DNA from: Phyllosticta citribraziliensis
Taxonomy: Eukaryota
Length of the DNA: 64,000 nucleotides
Assembly: GCF_038025025.1 (NCBI RefSeq)
Contig: NW_027117343.1
Coordinates: 1,984,001-2,048,000, forward strand
Direction: 5' to 3'
Shown here one piece after another: positions 26,290-38,900 of the stretch. A program made the position numbers and the translations under genes. Under the pieces are notes generated by a model. It was not told where the DNA came from, searched no databases, and saw nothing but the letters and a program-made list of their open reading frames with translations. The number at the start of each line of letters is the position of its first letter. The stretch's first letter is position 1.

Positions 26290-28705
26290 TCATCTCCTGA
26301 ACGCGCCCCAAGCGGGTAGTCGCCGACTCCCCGTCCCGCCGCTCCGTCCCGCTCTCGCTTCTGTGTCCACTTCCTTCGGCGGCAGTGGTGGCGGATACCT
26401 GTCGCGGTCCATTGGCTCGGGTTCGACGTTGCGGTTCCGATGACCACGGTGGCGGTGACGCGAATTTTGGGCTGGTTGCTGCGAGTCAATCCAGTTGTTG
26501 AAGATCTCTTTGCCTTTAGTTGAGGTTGTGGGGATCTGAACAGGACTATTGTCTGTTGTGGCCCCGGTGGGTGAGGGGATGGGGGTCAAGGAGGTGGAAG
26601 AACGGGGGGAGACGTTGAAGAAGGGCTGGGTCGACGAAGTGTCGGTGGAGGAGGGGACGTATCGCGGGTCTGTCGATGTGGCGTTGGTAGTGTTTGTGAA
26701 GTGCGATGTGTGCTGTGGGCGCGGATAGCCGTCATAGCTGTCGTAGCTGCTAGCTGCAGAACGGTCGTAGTCGTTCGGGTTACCTATTGAGTAATCATAG
26801 CTCGAGGGCTCGTGGCTGAAAGGCCCGTAGCTACCGTAGCTGGAGGGTGCAAGGTGTGTGGGATTGTAGCTGGACGAGCTGAAGTACCCTGGAGACCCAA
26901 GACTGGGGGAATCGAAGCTGTTGGTGCTGTTGTTCCAACGTTCATAGCCTGGAGACCCATATGCTGTGGGCGTGTAGCCGCTGGATCCATTACTTGTCGC
27001 TCCATAGGAACTGGGCATATATCCAGCAGAGCTGCCAACAGGGGGCTCATATCTGAATGCTCTGTGCGCTTCCGGCCTCGGAGATTCTACGTTATTGGCA
27101 TTGAAATCGATGTCGGAGTAATTTCCGCGGGGCGAACGGGGGTCATGGAAGGAGTTGAAAGAATCCATAGTAGAACTACGTCTCAATGGCGGCGTCGGAC
27201 GCTGTTCGTGGTGAAGTGAATTTTTGGATTTGCTGTCTCGAAGGGGAACTCCTCCTCCCTTTTCCACAATTCTACCGGAAGGCTTGACGAAAAAGGTTCG
27301 TCGTGTAGGATCAGGTAAAGGTCTGGATTCTTGCTGCACACCCAGCGCATCTTCTGCAGACCAGCGTCTACAAAATTCACGGCTTTGCGTGACGGAATTA
27401 GTTGAGATGGTTTTATCGAGGTTCGCTTTTTACTCACAAGTGCTCGAGGTTCTTTTGTTGTTCCATCTCTTTGATTCTTTCCTTGACATTCTCGATATCT
27501 TCTTTGATATTTTCCTTGTGCTTTTTTGTCCTAAGAAGGTCTGTATCGGCTCGTTTCGGTGGGCTGAAGTCGCCATTGTTTCGTGGCGGTGCGGGCGACG
27601 AGGGAGAATTGGCAGTAGCACCTTTCGACCCTACTGGAGGTTGATTAGAACTCCGCAAAGTGGATTCCACCGAGCTATCAGACGGTCGCTGAGATGCAGA
27701 TCCTGACGTAGGTGGATATGCGGAAACATCCTCATCCGCATCTTCGCAATCTTCAACTGTTGGTGGTCGATAGTTCTGGGAGCGTTCCTTCGTGGGAAGC
27801 GCCGAAGAAGATAATTTTGGCGAAAGGAGATGATGAGTCGAATCGTTCTGTTGTACGGGTGATCGAGGCTTTTGGATTTGAGAGGGTAGTGCCGGTGCTT
27901 TGGCCTCATTTAGCTGCGCAGGGACTACCGGGGAACGTGAACCTGGAGAGGGGGTAGGGGTGTTGATCTCATGAATCGTTGATTGGGGGATTTGAAGCCG
28001 AGGGGGAAATTCAAGTGATTTGGTCTCATCTGGACTAATTAGAGCATTGGGTGGGATCGTTTCCATCTCCCTGGAAAGCGCGTCCAGGTTGACAATCCTT
28101 GCAAGAACATGAGGGTCCCTTTTTCCAGACTGAATGTCCCTGATAAGGGTCCCAAGTTGACCATAGAGAACTTCTACGGAGGCAATCTTGGTACGTCTGT
28201 GGACTTCCTTGAGCCTGGTGGTATGACTTCGAAGCTCTTGGCCGATCTGGATAAGAGGATCGATGCTTTTTGGTGATACATCCTGAGAGATGGCATTTCC
28301 CTGAAGGATACGGTCCAAGACTTGGAAACTGCAGTGGCAGTCTTGGATGACTTGCTCGAACTCCACTCTGTGTTGTGGGATTCCTAGGCAGAAGGGAGAC
28401 CCTGCTATCTTGGAGTCTCTTTTGACTGTGCGGAATGCTTTTTCAAGCTTGTAGACTGATCGTGGTCAGTTCAACACAAGCCGTTGCCTGCATTGCTATA
28501 GCGATACGGTCGGATTTCTGGACGTGTCGTACCATCGCGACTGAGACCGTCAAATTCACCACCCACGGCCTCACCTGTATCATGTCAGTCAGCAAATCGA
28601 ATGTTGTCTGGCCGAGAGCTTACAAGCGTCCGAAAGTTTGAACGCGACTTCCGACACGTCTTTCACCCATGCAAGGACATCATTGGCCTCCATGAGGGCC
28701 GCCAT
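26290..28705 (-). CDS. Hypothetical protein, about 739 aa, with a fungal STAND-N/HeLo-like helical N-terminus and a low-complexity C-terminus; exons complement(28624-28705, 28533-28574, 27438-28455, 26290-27367)
   Basis: Three introns with GT donors, CTRAY branch sites and YAG acceptors give one frame (2220 nt): 'MAALMEANDVLAWVKDVSEVAFKLSDACEAVGGEFDGLSRDVYKLEKAFR..EFEQVIQDCHCSFQVLDRIL..LIRDIQSGKRD'. The domain assignment rests on recalled pattern only. Confidence 0.65.
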
Positions 28706-30078
28706 GGGGTGCGGAGAACCCGATGTCGAACAGATTCCTGAGAGGCAAGGCTTGCGGTTTGGGCGTGAGCAACGGAAGCGAGGCTGTCAATGATAAAAAG
28801 AGTAGAAGAGGCTGCGCCATGTCCGTGGACGCCGGCGAGGCTTCCCCCCGGCAAGAAACCAAATCGAAGACGCCCAACCAGTGCCCTCGCAAGGCTGGGG
28901 GCGGATTCAGCCTTGGTCATCAAACCTGTGGGAAATTGGCAGCATGATGTAGACCAGCGGCTGGGAATTGTGCTGGCCCCCAAATGCAGGTTTGCCGCGT
29001 CGCTCTCCAAATTGACCAATGGAAGTTGCATGGCGCTAATCGTCAGCAAGGCAAACTACATGTACGAGGTCGTTTTACCGCTTAATGATATGCATGGGGC
29101 CGTTAGCCTCGCGAAAGAAAGACCGAGGAGTATAAAAGTGGTGGTGATGTCACGTACGGACCATAGCCGACACATACCAGGGCGGCTGAACTCGAGGGTC
29201 TTCATTTCAGCATAGGCGGACACAGGTGGCTGGAGGCGGCGCAACTGCTGACCACATATCCGATTTGGGGATCACGAGGCACTCCTATTGCTCCCTATCC
29301 GCTCGTCCAAGTTTGCTGGAGCCAAGGTCCTCACTTGCCGCTTGTCTATGGTTGCATTTGAGGAGCGTGGCGCTTCGTCGCAGTGTGGCTCGATAGTAGC
29401 GGCAACAAAATGAGACGAGCCTTATGACGATGTTTTGATTGGAGTCTGATGGGCAATTTCAACGCTGGGCGTCGCCAGCCTGGATCCACGCTTGGCCACA
29501 ACCCGGAAAGGCTTCCCGTCCTTGCACTGATAGATTTGGGTCCAATGATGTTGCGGACTATGTTCTCATAGTTGGACTCATGTGAGCCGTGTCGACCAGT
29601 CGAGTTGGAAATCTCCCTGCTGCTCGTGACGCCCAGGAACTGAATCTGCGCTTTGATGATAAAATTTGACAATCTGTTCGGCCACAAGGTGGAGTTATTG
29701 CAGAGCTAGAGTCAGTATTAATACTTTCAAAGCAACAGAAATCGACCAAGCCCAATGCAGTCGAGGTTGAAGCTCAAAACCATCCATTTCTCGCAGCCAG
29801 AACCTTTGGGGACATCTTGTCTGTGAGCTTTCATCCATGAAACGAAGCCAAATGAAGCACACAAGACATGGTAAGGCCGGAATGTTTGCGCGTGCATTGA
29901 CTTTTGGGAGATCGTTTTTATTCATGCCACAGTCCGACCGTTTTTCTCCCATGACCGACGGAACTGACGTGGGACACAAGATTATTGCGCCCGAAAGCCG
30001 ATGAAGCCCATCCTGATGAATCTTCCCGCTGACTCCGACCGCTCAAAGTAAAGTTTTCCCCGAACCATCTCCAACCGC

Positions 30079-30792
30079 TTAGCGCTTCTTCTGTTGGGTC
30101 TCCTTGAGCACCTTCTTGACGATCTTCTGCTCCTCGATCAGGAAGGCACGGACGATGCGGTCCTTGACGCAGTTGGCGCAGCGCGAACCGCCGTAGGCGC
30201 GCTGGACGGTCTTCTGGGGACGGGAGATGGTGGCGTACTCGCGGGGGCGGAGGGCAGGAATCTGGTCAAGATCCATCAGCGTTTGCTCGAGCCTTGATCG
30301 ACATTCGGCCGCGATTTCTGGATGGCTTCAGGCTACACAATCGTCTCCCTGCAGTGGCGACGCGTCTGGTGTGTTTCCCGTCTTGCCTCATGCATCATTT
30401 TCCCTCGTACGCCTCTTTTTGCCGTTTTCCCCAGAAAGTCGCGGCCGATGTTCGTAATGGAGGAATCCGAGGTGCACTTACGCCGGCGAGCTTGGAGCCA
30501 CAGTCACCGCACTTGGGGGGAGCGGCCCTCTTCTTGAGGTGAAGGTACCTGAGAGCACCACCCGGGGTCTTGATGACGCGGACCTTGTTGGAGCGGGTGT
30601 TGTAGCTGCATCGGACGCATCAGTTTCAAATTCGCAAGGGAGAAAGGCTTGATCGGTTCGGGCGGGTTCGTCGTTGGCGGGCGCTGGAGACTTACGGGTT
30701 CCTACGGCGCTGTGGAAAGTTGGGTTAGCACTGCAAGACAGATTCGACAATTCTCAAGATGGACATACGTAAGTCAGTCTGTTGGACGGCAT
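30079..30792 (-). CDS. RPL34: 60S ribosomal protein L34 (eL34), 114 aa; exons complement(30769-30792, 30696-30709, 30482-30605, 30079-30261)
   Basis: Spliced product '[94 protein letters not shown]' is eL34. All three introns are canonical. Confidence 0.97.
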
Positions 30793-31270
30793 CTTGTCGG
30801 TTGCGAGGTCGTTTGATTCGGCCTGTGGTTGTCGTCGGTGTCGCGCGAAGAGAGGCCGCTGTCGAGATGTTTTTCCAGACGACTGCGTGCGAACGCTCGC
30901 TTAATTCTCCGCCCTTTACCCAAAGGGCTAGCCCCCGCCAAGACGGCTGGTCCAAGCTCGGATTACATCGCGGAAATCTTCCAAAGTCGCATCTCGACGC
31001 CACTCTAGACGCGTCGCTCGCCCCATTGCAACGCAACCCATCACGCCGGAGTGAGGGTGAAGCTCGATCCACCGTCCATTTCCATCACGCTCGACTGCAT
31101 CGCTCGTCGCGCCAATTGCATTGCACACCACAGGCGCCGACGGCCACCTCGGGCAACCGGGCTTGGTTTGCCTCCACTACCATCGAGCTCTCGACATCAA
31201 CTCCCGAATCGCGTCGTGTACATAACCTCCCCGTACTCTCCACCCGACCCCACACTCCCAACCCATCACC

Positions 31271-33086
31271 ATGTCTATCCCTCCGCCTCCACCTGGGTGG
31301 TCAGCCCCTCCTCCGCCAGGTGCTCCCCCAGGCATGTCCGCACCGCCGCCTCCGGGCTACCGGCCGCCCGCCGATCCCCATGTCGCCAAGTTTGCGCAAA
31401 AGAAGAAGGAATGGCTCCGGATGCAAAGGCAAAGATTTGGCGAAAAGAGAAAGGGTGGCTTTGTGGAGACTCAGAAGGCAGATATGCCGCCGGAGCACTT
31501 GAGGAAAATCGTCAAGGACATTGGCGACGTCTCTCAAAAGAAGTTTAGCAGCGACAAGCGCAGCTACTTGGGTGCCCTCAAATTTATGCCGCATGCGGTG
31601 CTGAAGCTTCTTGAGAACATGCCAATGCCTTGGGAAAGTCAGCGAGATGTCAAGGTGCTGTACCACGTCAACGGCTGCTTGACGCTGGTGAACGAGATTC
31701 CACGAGTCATTGAACCAGTATTCCACGCGCAATGGGCGACAATGTGGGTGTGCATGCGAAGAGAAAAGAGCGACCGAAGACACTTCAAGAGAATGCGGTT
31801 CCCGCCGTTTGATGACGAGGAGCCTCCGCTTTCGTGGTCAGAAAACATTGAAGACGTCGAGCCGCTGGAGCCAATTCAGATGGAGCTCGATGAAAATGAG
31901 GATGGCCCGGTCTTTGAATGGTTTTACGATCACCGCCCCCTTCTTGATACCCCACACGTCAATGGACCGAGCTACAAGACCTGGAACCTGTCTTTGCCTC
32001 AAATGGCAACGCTGTATCGCCTCAGCCATCAGCTGCTGAGCGATTTGGTGGACAAGAACTACTTTCATTTGTTCGACTTGAACAGCTTCTTCACTGCCAA
32101 AGCTCTCAATGTGGCGATCCCCGGTGGTCCACGGTTCGAGCCATTGTACAAGGACATTGACCCGAATGACGAAGACTTTGGCGAATTCAATGCGATTGAG
32201 CGCATCATCTTCCGCGCACCGATTCGGACGGAATACCGCGTTGCTTTCCCATTCCTGTACAACTCACTCCCGAGGAGCGTCAAGGTCTCGTGGTACTCGT
32301 ACCCTCAAGTCGTCTATGTCCGTGCTGAGGACCCCAGCCTGCCGGCCTTTTACTTCGACCCCGTCATCAACCCCATTTCATCTCGGTCAGTTGCCCCGAA
32401 GAACATTACCATCTCTCACGAAGATGAGATTTTTGGCGACGAGATGGAGGACGACTTTGAGTTGCCGGGAGAGATTGAACCGTTCTTGGAGGACCAGGAG
32501 CTTTACACCGAGGACACCTCGTCTGCAATTGCTCTTTGGTGGGCACCGTATCCGTTCGACCGCCGCTCTGGCCGCATGGTCCGAGCCCAGGATGTGCCGC
32601 TCGTAAAACAGTGGTACCTCGAACACGTGCCTCAGGGCCAGCCCGTGAAGGTCCGGGTCTCTTACCAGAAGCTTCTCAAGACATATGTGTTGAATGAGCT
32701 GCACAAGAAACAGCCCAAGGCCCTCAACAATCAAAGCTTGATGAAGACGCTCAAGGGCACCAAGTTCTTTCAGCAGACCACCATTGATTGGGTTGAAGCT
32801 GGTCTTCAGGTTTGCAGGCAGGGCTTCAACATGCTCAACCTCCTCATCCACCGCAAAAACCTTACCTACCTCCACCTCGACTACAACTTTAACCTCAAGC
32901 CCATCAAGACGCTCACGACAAAGGAGCGCAAAAAGTCTCGTTTCGGAAACGCGTTCCACTTGATGCGCGAAATCCTGCGCTTGACCAAGCTCATTGTCGA
33001 CGCTCAAGTCCAATACCGGCTGGGAAACATTGATGCTTTCCAACTTGCAGACGGTATTCTTTACGCCTTCAACCACGTTGGCCAAT

Positions 33087-33117
<31 letters not shown>

Positions 33118-36100
33118 CATGCACCAGATCCGTACCTGCAAGGATCTCAAGCACTTGATTTACTACAGGTTTAACTCGGGTCCGGTTGGAAAGGGTCCTG
33201 GATGCGGTTTCTGGGCTCCGGCTTGGAGGACCTGGCTGTTCTTCATGCGCGGCATCATTCCTCTGTTGGAGCGCTGGCTTGGAAACTTGCTTTCTCGTCA
33301 ATTCGAAGGACGCCACAGCAAAGGTGTTGCCAAGAGTGTTACGAAGCAACGTGTCGAGTCGCATTTTGATTTGGAGCTTCGTGCTTCCGTCATGGCTGAT
33401 CTCTTAGACATGATGCCTGAAGGCATCAAGCAGAACAAGGTCAACACTGTCTTGCAGCATCTCTCGGAAGCATGGCGATGCTGGAAGAGTAACATCCCTT
33501 GGAAGGTACCTGGTCTGCCGGCGCCTATTGAAAACATCATTCTGCGGTACGTCAAGAGCAAGGCCGATTGGTGGGTCTCAGTCGCCCACTACAACCGTGA
33601 GCGTATCCGGAGAGGTGCTACTGTTGACAAGACCGTGGCAAAGAAGAATCTGGGTCGTCTCACTCGCCTGTGGCTCAAGGCAGAGCAGGAGAGACAGCAC
33701 AATTACATGAAGGACGGCCCGTACGTTTCATCCGAGGAAGCCGTTGCAATTTACACAACCATGGTCCACTGGTTGGAGTCGAGGAAATTCCAGCCCATTC
33801 CTTTCCCCAGTGTCTCGTACAAGCACGACACCAAGATTCTCATCTTGGCCCTTGAGCGCCTGCGGGAGGCCTACTCCGTCAAGGGTCGCTTGAATCAGAG
33901 TCAGAGAGAGGAGTTGGCGCTCATCGAGCAAGCCTACGACTCGCCTGGTACCACGCTTGCCAGAATCAAGCGATTCTTGCTCACTCAGCGTGCATTCAAG
34001 GAGGTCGGGATCGACATGAACGACAACTACAGCGACATCAACCCGGTGTACGACGTCGAGCCTATTGAAAAGATTACCGACGCCTACCTTGACCAATATC
34101 TGTGGTACCAAGCTGACCAGCGGCACTTGTTCCCGCCGTGGATCAAGCCATCCGACTCCGAAGTCCCGCCTTTGTTGGTATACAAGTGGGCCCAAGGCAT
34201 CAACAACCTCGACAATGTGTGGGAGCACCAGGAAGGCGAATGCAACGTGATGATTGAGACGAAACTGTCAAAGGTCTACGAAAAGATTGATTTGACCCTT
34301 CTCAACCGTCTCCTTCGCTTGATCATGGACCACAACTTGGCTGATTATATTACTTCCAAGAACAACGTTCAGCTCAACTACAAGGACATGAACCACACCA
34401 ACAGCTACGGCATGATTCGCGGTCTGCAATTTTCGGCTTTCGTCTTCCAGTACTACGGTTTGATGCTGGACCTGTTGCTCCTTGGTCTGCAGCGCGCCAG
34501 TGAGATTGCTGGCCCGCCCAATGCTCCCAACGACTTCCTTCAGTTTAGGGACAAGGCCACCGAGACCCGTCACCCCATCAGGCTGTACACTCGGTACATT
34601 GACAGAATCTGGGTCTTCTTCAGGTTCTCCGCGGACGACTCCCGAGATTTGATCCAGCGTTTCCTCACCGAGCAGCCTGATCCCAACTTTGAAAACGTCA
34701 TTGGCTACAAGAACAAGAAGTGCTGGCCCCGAGACTCGCGCATGCGTCTGATGCGTCATGATGTCAATCTTGGTCGCGCTGTGTTCTGGGATCTCAAGAA
34801 TCGCTTGCCTCGTTCGGTTACGACCATTGATTGGGATGACACATTTGCCAGTGTCTACAGCAGAGACAACCCCAACTTGCTCTTCTCGATGTGTGGATTT
34901 GAGGTCCGCATCCTGCCCAAGATCCGCAACCAGAACGATGAATTCCCTGTCAAGGACAGCGTGTGGTCTCTGGTTGACAACTCGTCCAAGGAGAGGACGG
35001 CGCATGCGTTCTTGCAGGTCACGGAGGAGGACATTCAAAAGTTCAACAACCGCATCAGGCAAATCTTGATGTCCTCGGGATCCACTACCTTCACCAAGAT
35101 TGCAAACAAGTGGAACACGGCCCTGATTGCACTCTTCACGTACTACCGTGAAGCTGCTGCGTCGACGGTCAACCTGCTCGACACCATCGTCAAGTGCGAG
35201 ACCAAGATCCAGACGCGTGTCAAGATTGGACTCAATTCCAAGATGCCTTCACGTTTCCCTCCTGCTGTGTTTTACACGCCCAAGGAGCTGGGTGGTCTCG
35301 GAATGATTTCGGGCTCTCACATTCTCATTCCCGCCAGCGACAAGCGCTGGTCTAAGCAAACGGACACCGGCGTCACTCACTACCGCTCTGGCATGTCCCA
35401 CGATGAGGAGACTCTGATTCCCAACATCTTCCGTTACATCATCCCTTGGGAAGCCGAGTTCATCGACTCGCAGCGTGTGTGGACCGAGTACTCTCAGAAG
35501 CGTCTCGAGGCCAACCAGCAGAACCGTCGCCTGACCCTTGAGGATCTCGAAGACTCCTGGGACCGTGGTCTGCCTCGTATCAACACGCTATTCCAGAAGG
35601 ACCGCAGCACGCTCAGCTTCGACAAGGGTTTCCGCGCTCGTACTGAATTCAAGATTTACCAGCACATGAAGAGCAATCCGTTCTGGTGGACGAGCCAGCG
35701 GCATGATGGAAAACTTTGGAACCTGAATGCCTACCGTACCGACGTTATCCAAGCTCTTGGTGGTGTTGAAACCATTCTCGAGCACACCTTGTTCAAGGCA
35801 ACTGCTTTCCCGTCGTGGGAAGGTCTGTTCTGGGAGAAGGCATGTCTTGCCAAGGGTACGCTGCTGCTGCGGCACGATGGCACCAAGGTCGCAGTCGAAG
35901 ACGTCAAGGAAGGTGACTTGCTCCTTGGTCCTGATGGAGGACCTCGCCGTGCCTTCAACATCGTCAACGGCCAAGACCGTCTCTACCGCATTAAGATTGG
36001 CGCCGGCAAAGAGGACCTCGTCGTTACACCGAACCACATCTTGGTTTTCCAAAGGGAGCAGCAGGCGGATACTGTAGAGATGACGGCCGCCGAGTATGCT

Positions 36101-38900
36101 ACACTTGACAACACGGAGAGAGGCACGTACCGGATGTTTGCTTGTCCCAGTCTGGAAGGTGTTGGCCGCATCGCCGAGGCCCAGAGTTTCGTGGCCAAGG
36201 ACATTGTCCTCGAATCCGAGCCCACCGAGTGGGCTGGTTTCCGTGTCGATCAGGACCAGCTCTACTTGCGGCACGACCATCTTGTGCTGCACAACAGTGG
36301 TTTCGAAGAGTCGATGAAATTCAAGAAGCTCACCAACGCGCAGCGATCCGGTCTCAACCAGATCCCCAATCGTCGCTTCACGCTGTGGTGGTCGCCGAGT
36401 AAGTTTTCCCATGTTTCTCCAACTTTACCCCTTGAAAATCACAACTGCTCCCCGACTTCCCCGTGATTTCCAGCTCTTCATCACATTGAAGCTTACTAAC
36501 TTGACCACAGCTATCAACCGCGCAAACGTCTACGTCGGTTTCCAGGTCCAGCTTGACTTGACCGGTATCTTCTTGCACGGCAAAATTCCCACGCTCAAGA
36601 TCTCGCTCATCCAGATCTTCCGCGCCCATTTGTGGCAAAAGATTCACGAATCGGTTGTGATGGACCTGTGCCAGGTGTTTGATCAGGAACTCGAGGCTCT
36701 TGGCATTGAAACCGTGCAAAAGGAGACCATTCACCCGAGAAAGTCGTACAAGATGAACAGCTCTTGTGCTGATATTCTGCTGTTTGCCTCGCACAAGTGG
36801 AGCGTCTCGCCACCTTCGCTCCTCTTCGACACCAAGGACACGATGACGGCAACCACGACCAACAAGTTCTGGGTTGATGTTCAGCTGCGGTACGGCGATT
36901 ATGACTCTCACGATATTGAGCGTTACGTTCGCGCCAAGTACCTCGATTACACTACGGACAGCATGTCGATCTACCCATCCCCGACCGGTCTCATGATTGG
37001 CATTGACCTCGCGTACAATCTCTACTCTGCTTACGGCCAGTACTTCCCTGGTCTGAAGCAGCTTGTGCAGCAGGCCATGGCCAAGATTATGAAGGCCAAC
37101 CCGGCTCTTTATGTCTTGCGTGAGCGTATCAGGAAGGGTCTGCAGCTCTACGCGTCTGAGAGCAACCAGGAGTTTTTGAACTCTCAAAACTACTCGGAGC
37201 TCTTCAGCAACCAGATTCAACTGTTCATCGACGACACCAACGTCTACCGCGTTACCATCCACAAGACATTTGAAGGAAACTTGACAACAAAGCCCATCAA
37301 CGGTGCCATCTTCATCTTCAACCCCCGAACAGGACAGCTGTTCCTGAAGATTATTCACACCAGTGTCTGGGCTGGCCAGAAGCGTCTCGGCCAGCTTGCC
37401 AAGTGGAAGACGGCAGAAGAAGTGGCTGCTCTGATCAGATCTCTGCCGGTTGAGGAACAGCCCAAGCAGCTGATTGTCACCCGCAAGGGTCTGTTGGATC
37501 CCCTCGAGGTCCACTTGCTCGACTTCCCCAACATCTCCATCCGTGCCTCGGAGCTTCAACTGCCGTTCCAAGCTGCCATGAAGGTTGAGAAGCTGGGAGA
37601 CATGATTCTCAAGGCGACGGAGCCACAGATGGTTCTCTTCAACTTGTACGACGAGTGGCTCAAGACCATTTCGTCTTACACGGCCTTCTCCAGATTGATC
37701 CTGATCCTGCGTGCTTTGCACGTCAACCAAGACAAGACGAAGCTTATCCTCCGGCCCGACAAGACTGTCATCACCCAAGAGCATCACATCTGGCCGACGC
37801 TGTCGGATGAGGACTGGATCAAGGTCGAAGTCCAGCTGCGTGACTTGATCTTGAACGACTATGGAAAGAAGAACAACGTCAATACCTCATCTCTGACGAG
37901 CAGCGAAGTCCGTGACATTATTCTCGGTATGGAGATTAGTGCCCCGTCGCTGCAGCGTCAACAGGCCGCCGAGATTGAGAAGCAGCAGCAAGAGCAGCAG
38001 CAGCTCACTGCTGTGACTACCAAGACCCAAAACGTCCACGGTGAGGACATTGTTGTCACGACTACTTCTCAGTACGAGCAGGCCACGTTTTCGTCCAAGA
38101 CCGAGTGGCGCAGCCGTGCCATTGCCACGAGCAATTTGCGCACCAGGGCCGGAAACATTTACATTAGCAGCGACGACGTGCGCGAGGACGACCACTACAC
38201 TTACGTTGTGCCCAAGAACGTCTTGAAGAGGTTCATCACGATTGCCGATCTCCGCGTCCAAGTCGCGGGTTATCTGTACGGCAACTCTCCGCCCGACAAC
38301 GACCAAGTCAAGGAGATTCGCACGATTGTCATGATTCCGCAAGTCGGCAACACTCGTGATGTGCAGCTGCCGCACCAGCTTCCTCAGCACGAGTACCTCA
38401 AGGACATGGAGCCGCTAGGCATCATCCACACCGTCGCAGGAAACGAACTGCCATACATGAGCCCAATGGATGTGACACAGCACGCGCGTCTGATGAACCA
38501 GCACCCGACGTGGGACAAGAAGACGGTAACCATGACGGTCTCGTTCACGCCGGGCTCCGTGTCGCTCTCGGCGTGGGCGCTGACGCCGGACGGCTACAAA
38601 TGGGGCGCCGACAACAAGGACCTCAGTTCGGACCAGCCGGCGGGCTTCAGCACCAGCTTCGGCGAAAAGTGCCAGCTGCTACTGTCGGACAAGATCCGCG
38701 GCTACTTCCTGGTGCCCGAGACGGGCCAGTGGAACTACAGCTTCATGGGCTCGGCATTCGGCCAGGTCGAGAAGAAGCCGGTCGAGGTCAAGCTGGACAC
38801 GCCGCGCGCGTTTTACGACGACATTCACCGCCCGCTGCACTTTATGAGCTTTGCCGAGCTCGAGGACATTTGGGTCGATCGCGAGAACCAGTTTGAGTAG
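31271..38900 (+). CDS. PRP8: Pre-mRNA splicing factor Prp8 (U5 snRNP); 2505-aa precursor including the intein; exons 31271-36398, 36511-38900
   Basis: Prp8 sequence throughout (e.g. '[24 protein letters not shown]', '[28 protein letters not shown]', C-terminal Jab1/MPN-like region). Intron 36399-36510 reads GTAAGT..TACTAAC..CAG. Confidence 0.99.
35843..36295 (+). mobile_element. PRP8 mini-intein, 151 aa, no homing endonuclease
   Basis: In-frame insertion between exteins FWEKA and SGFEES. It starts with Cys (block A CLAKGT), has block B TPNH, a block F-like [13 protein letters not shown] and terminal LVLHN followed by +1 Ser. No LAGLIDADG motif. Confidence 0.96.

Noticed and set aside
35843..36295. 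Homing endonuclease within the PRP8 intein
   Set aside because: The intein is too short and has no LAGLIDADG motif between blocks B and F.
32387..38390. Several long minus-strand ORFs (325, 264, 274, 469 aa) inside PRP8
   Set aside because: Codon-register antisense shadows of a codon-biased conserved gene.
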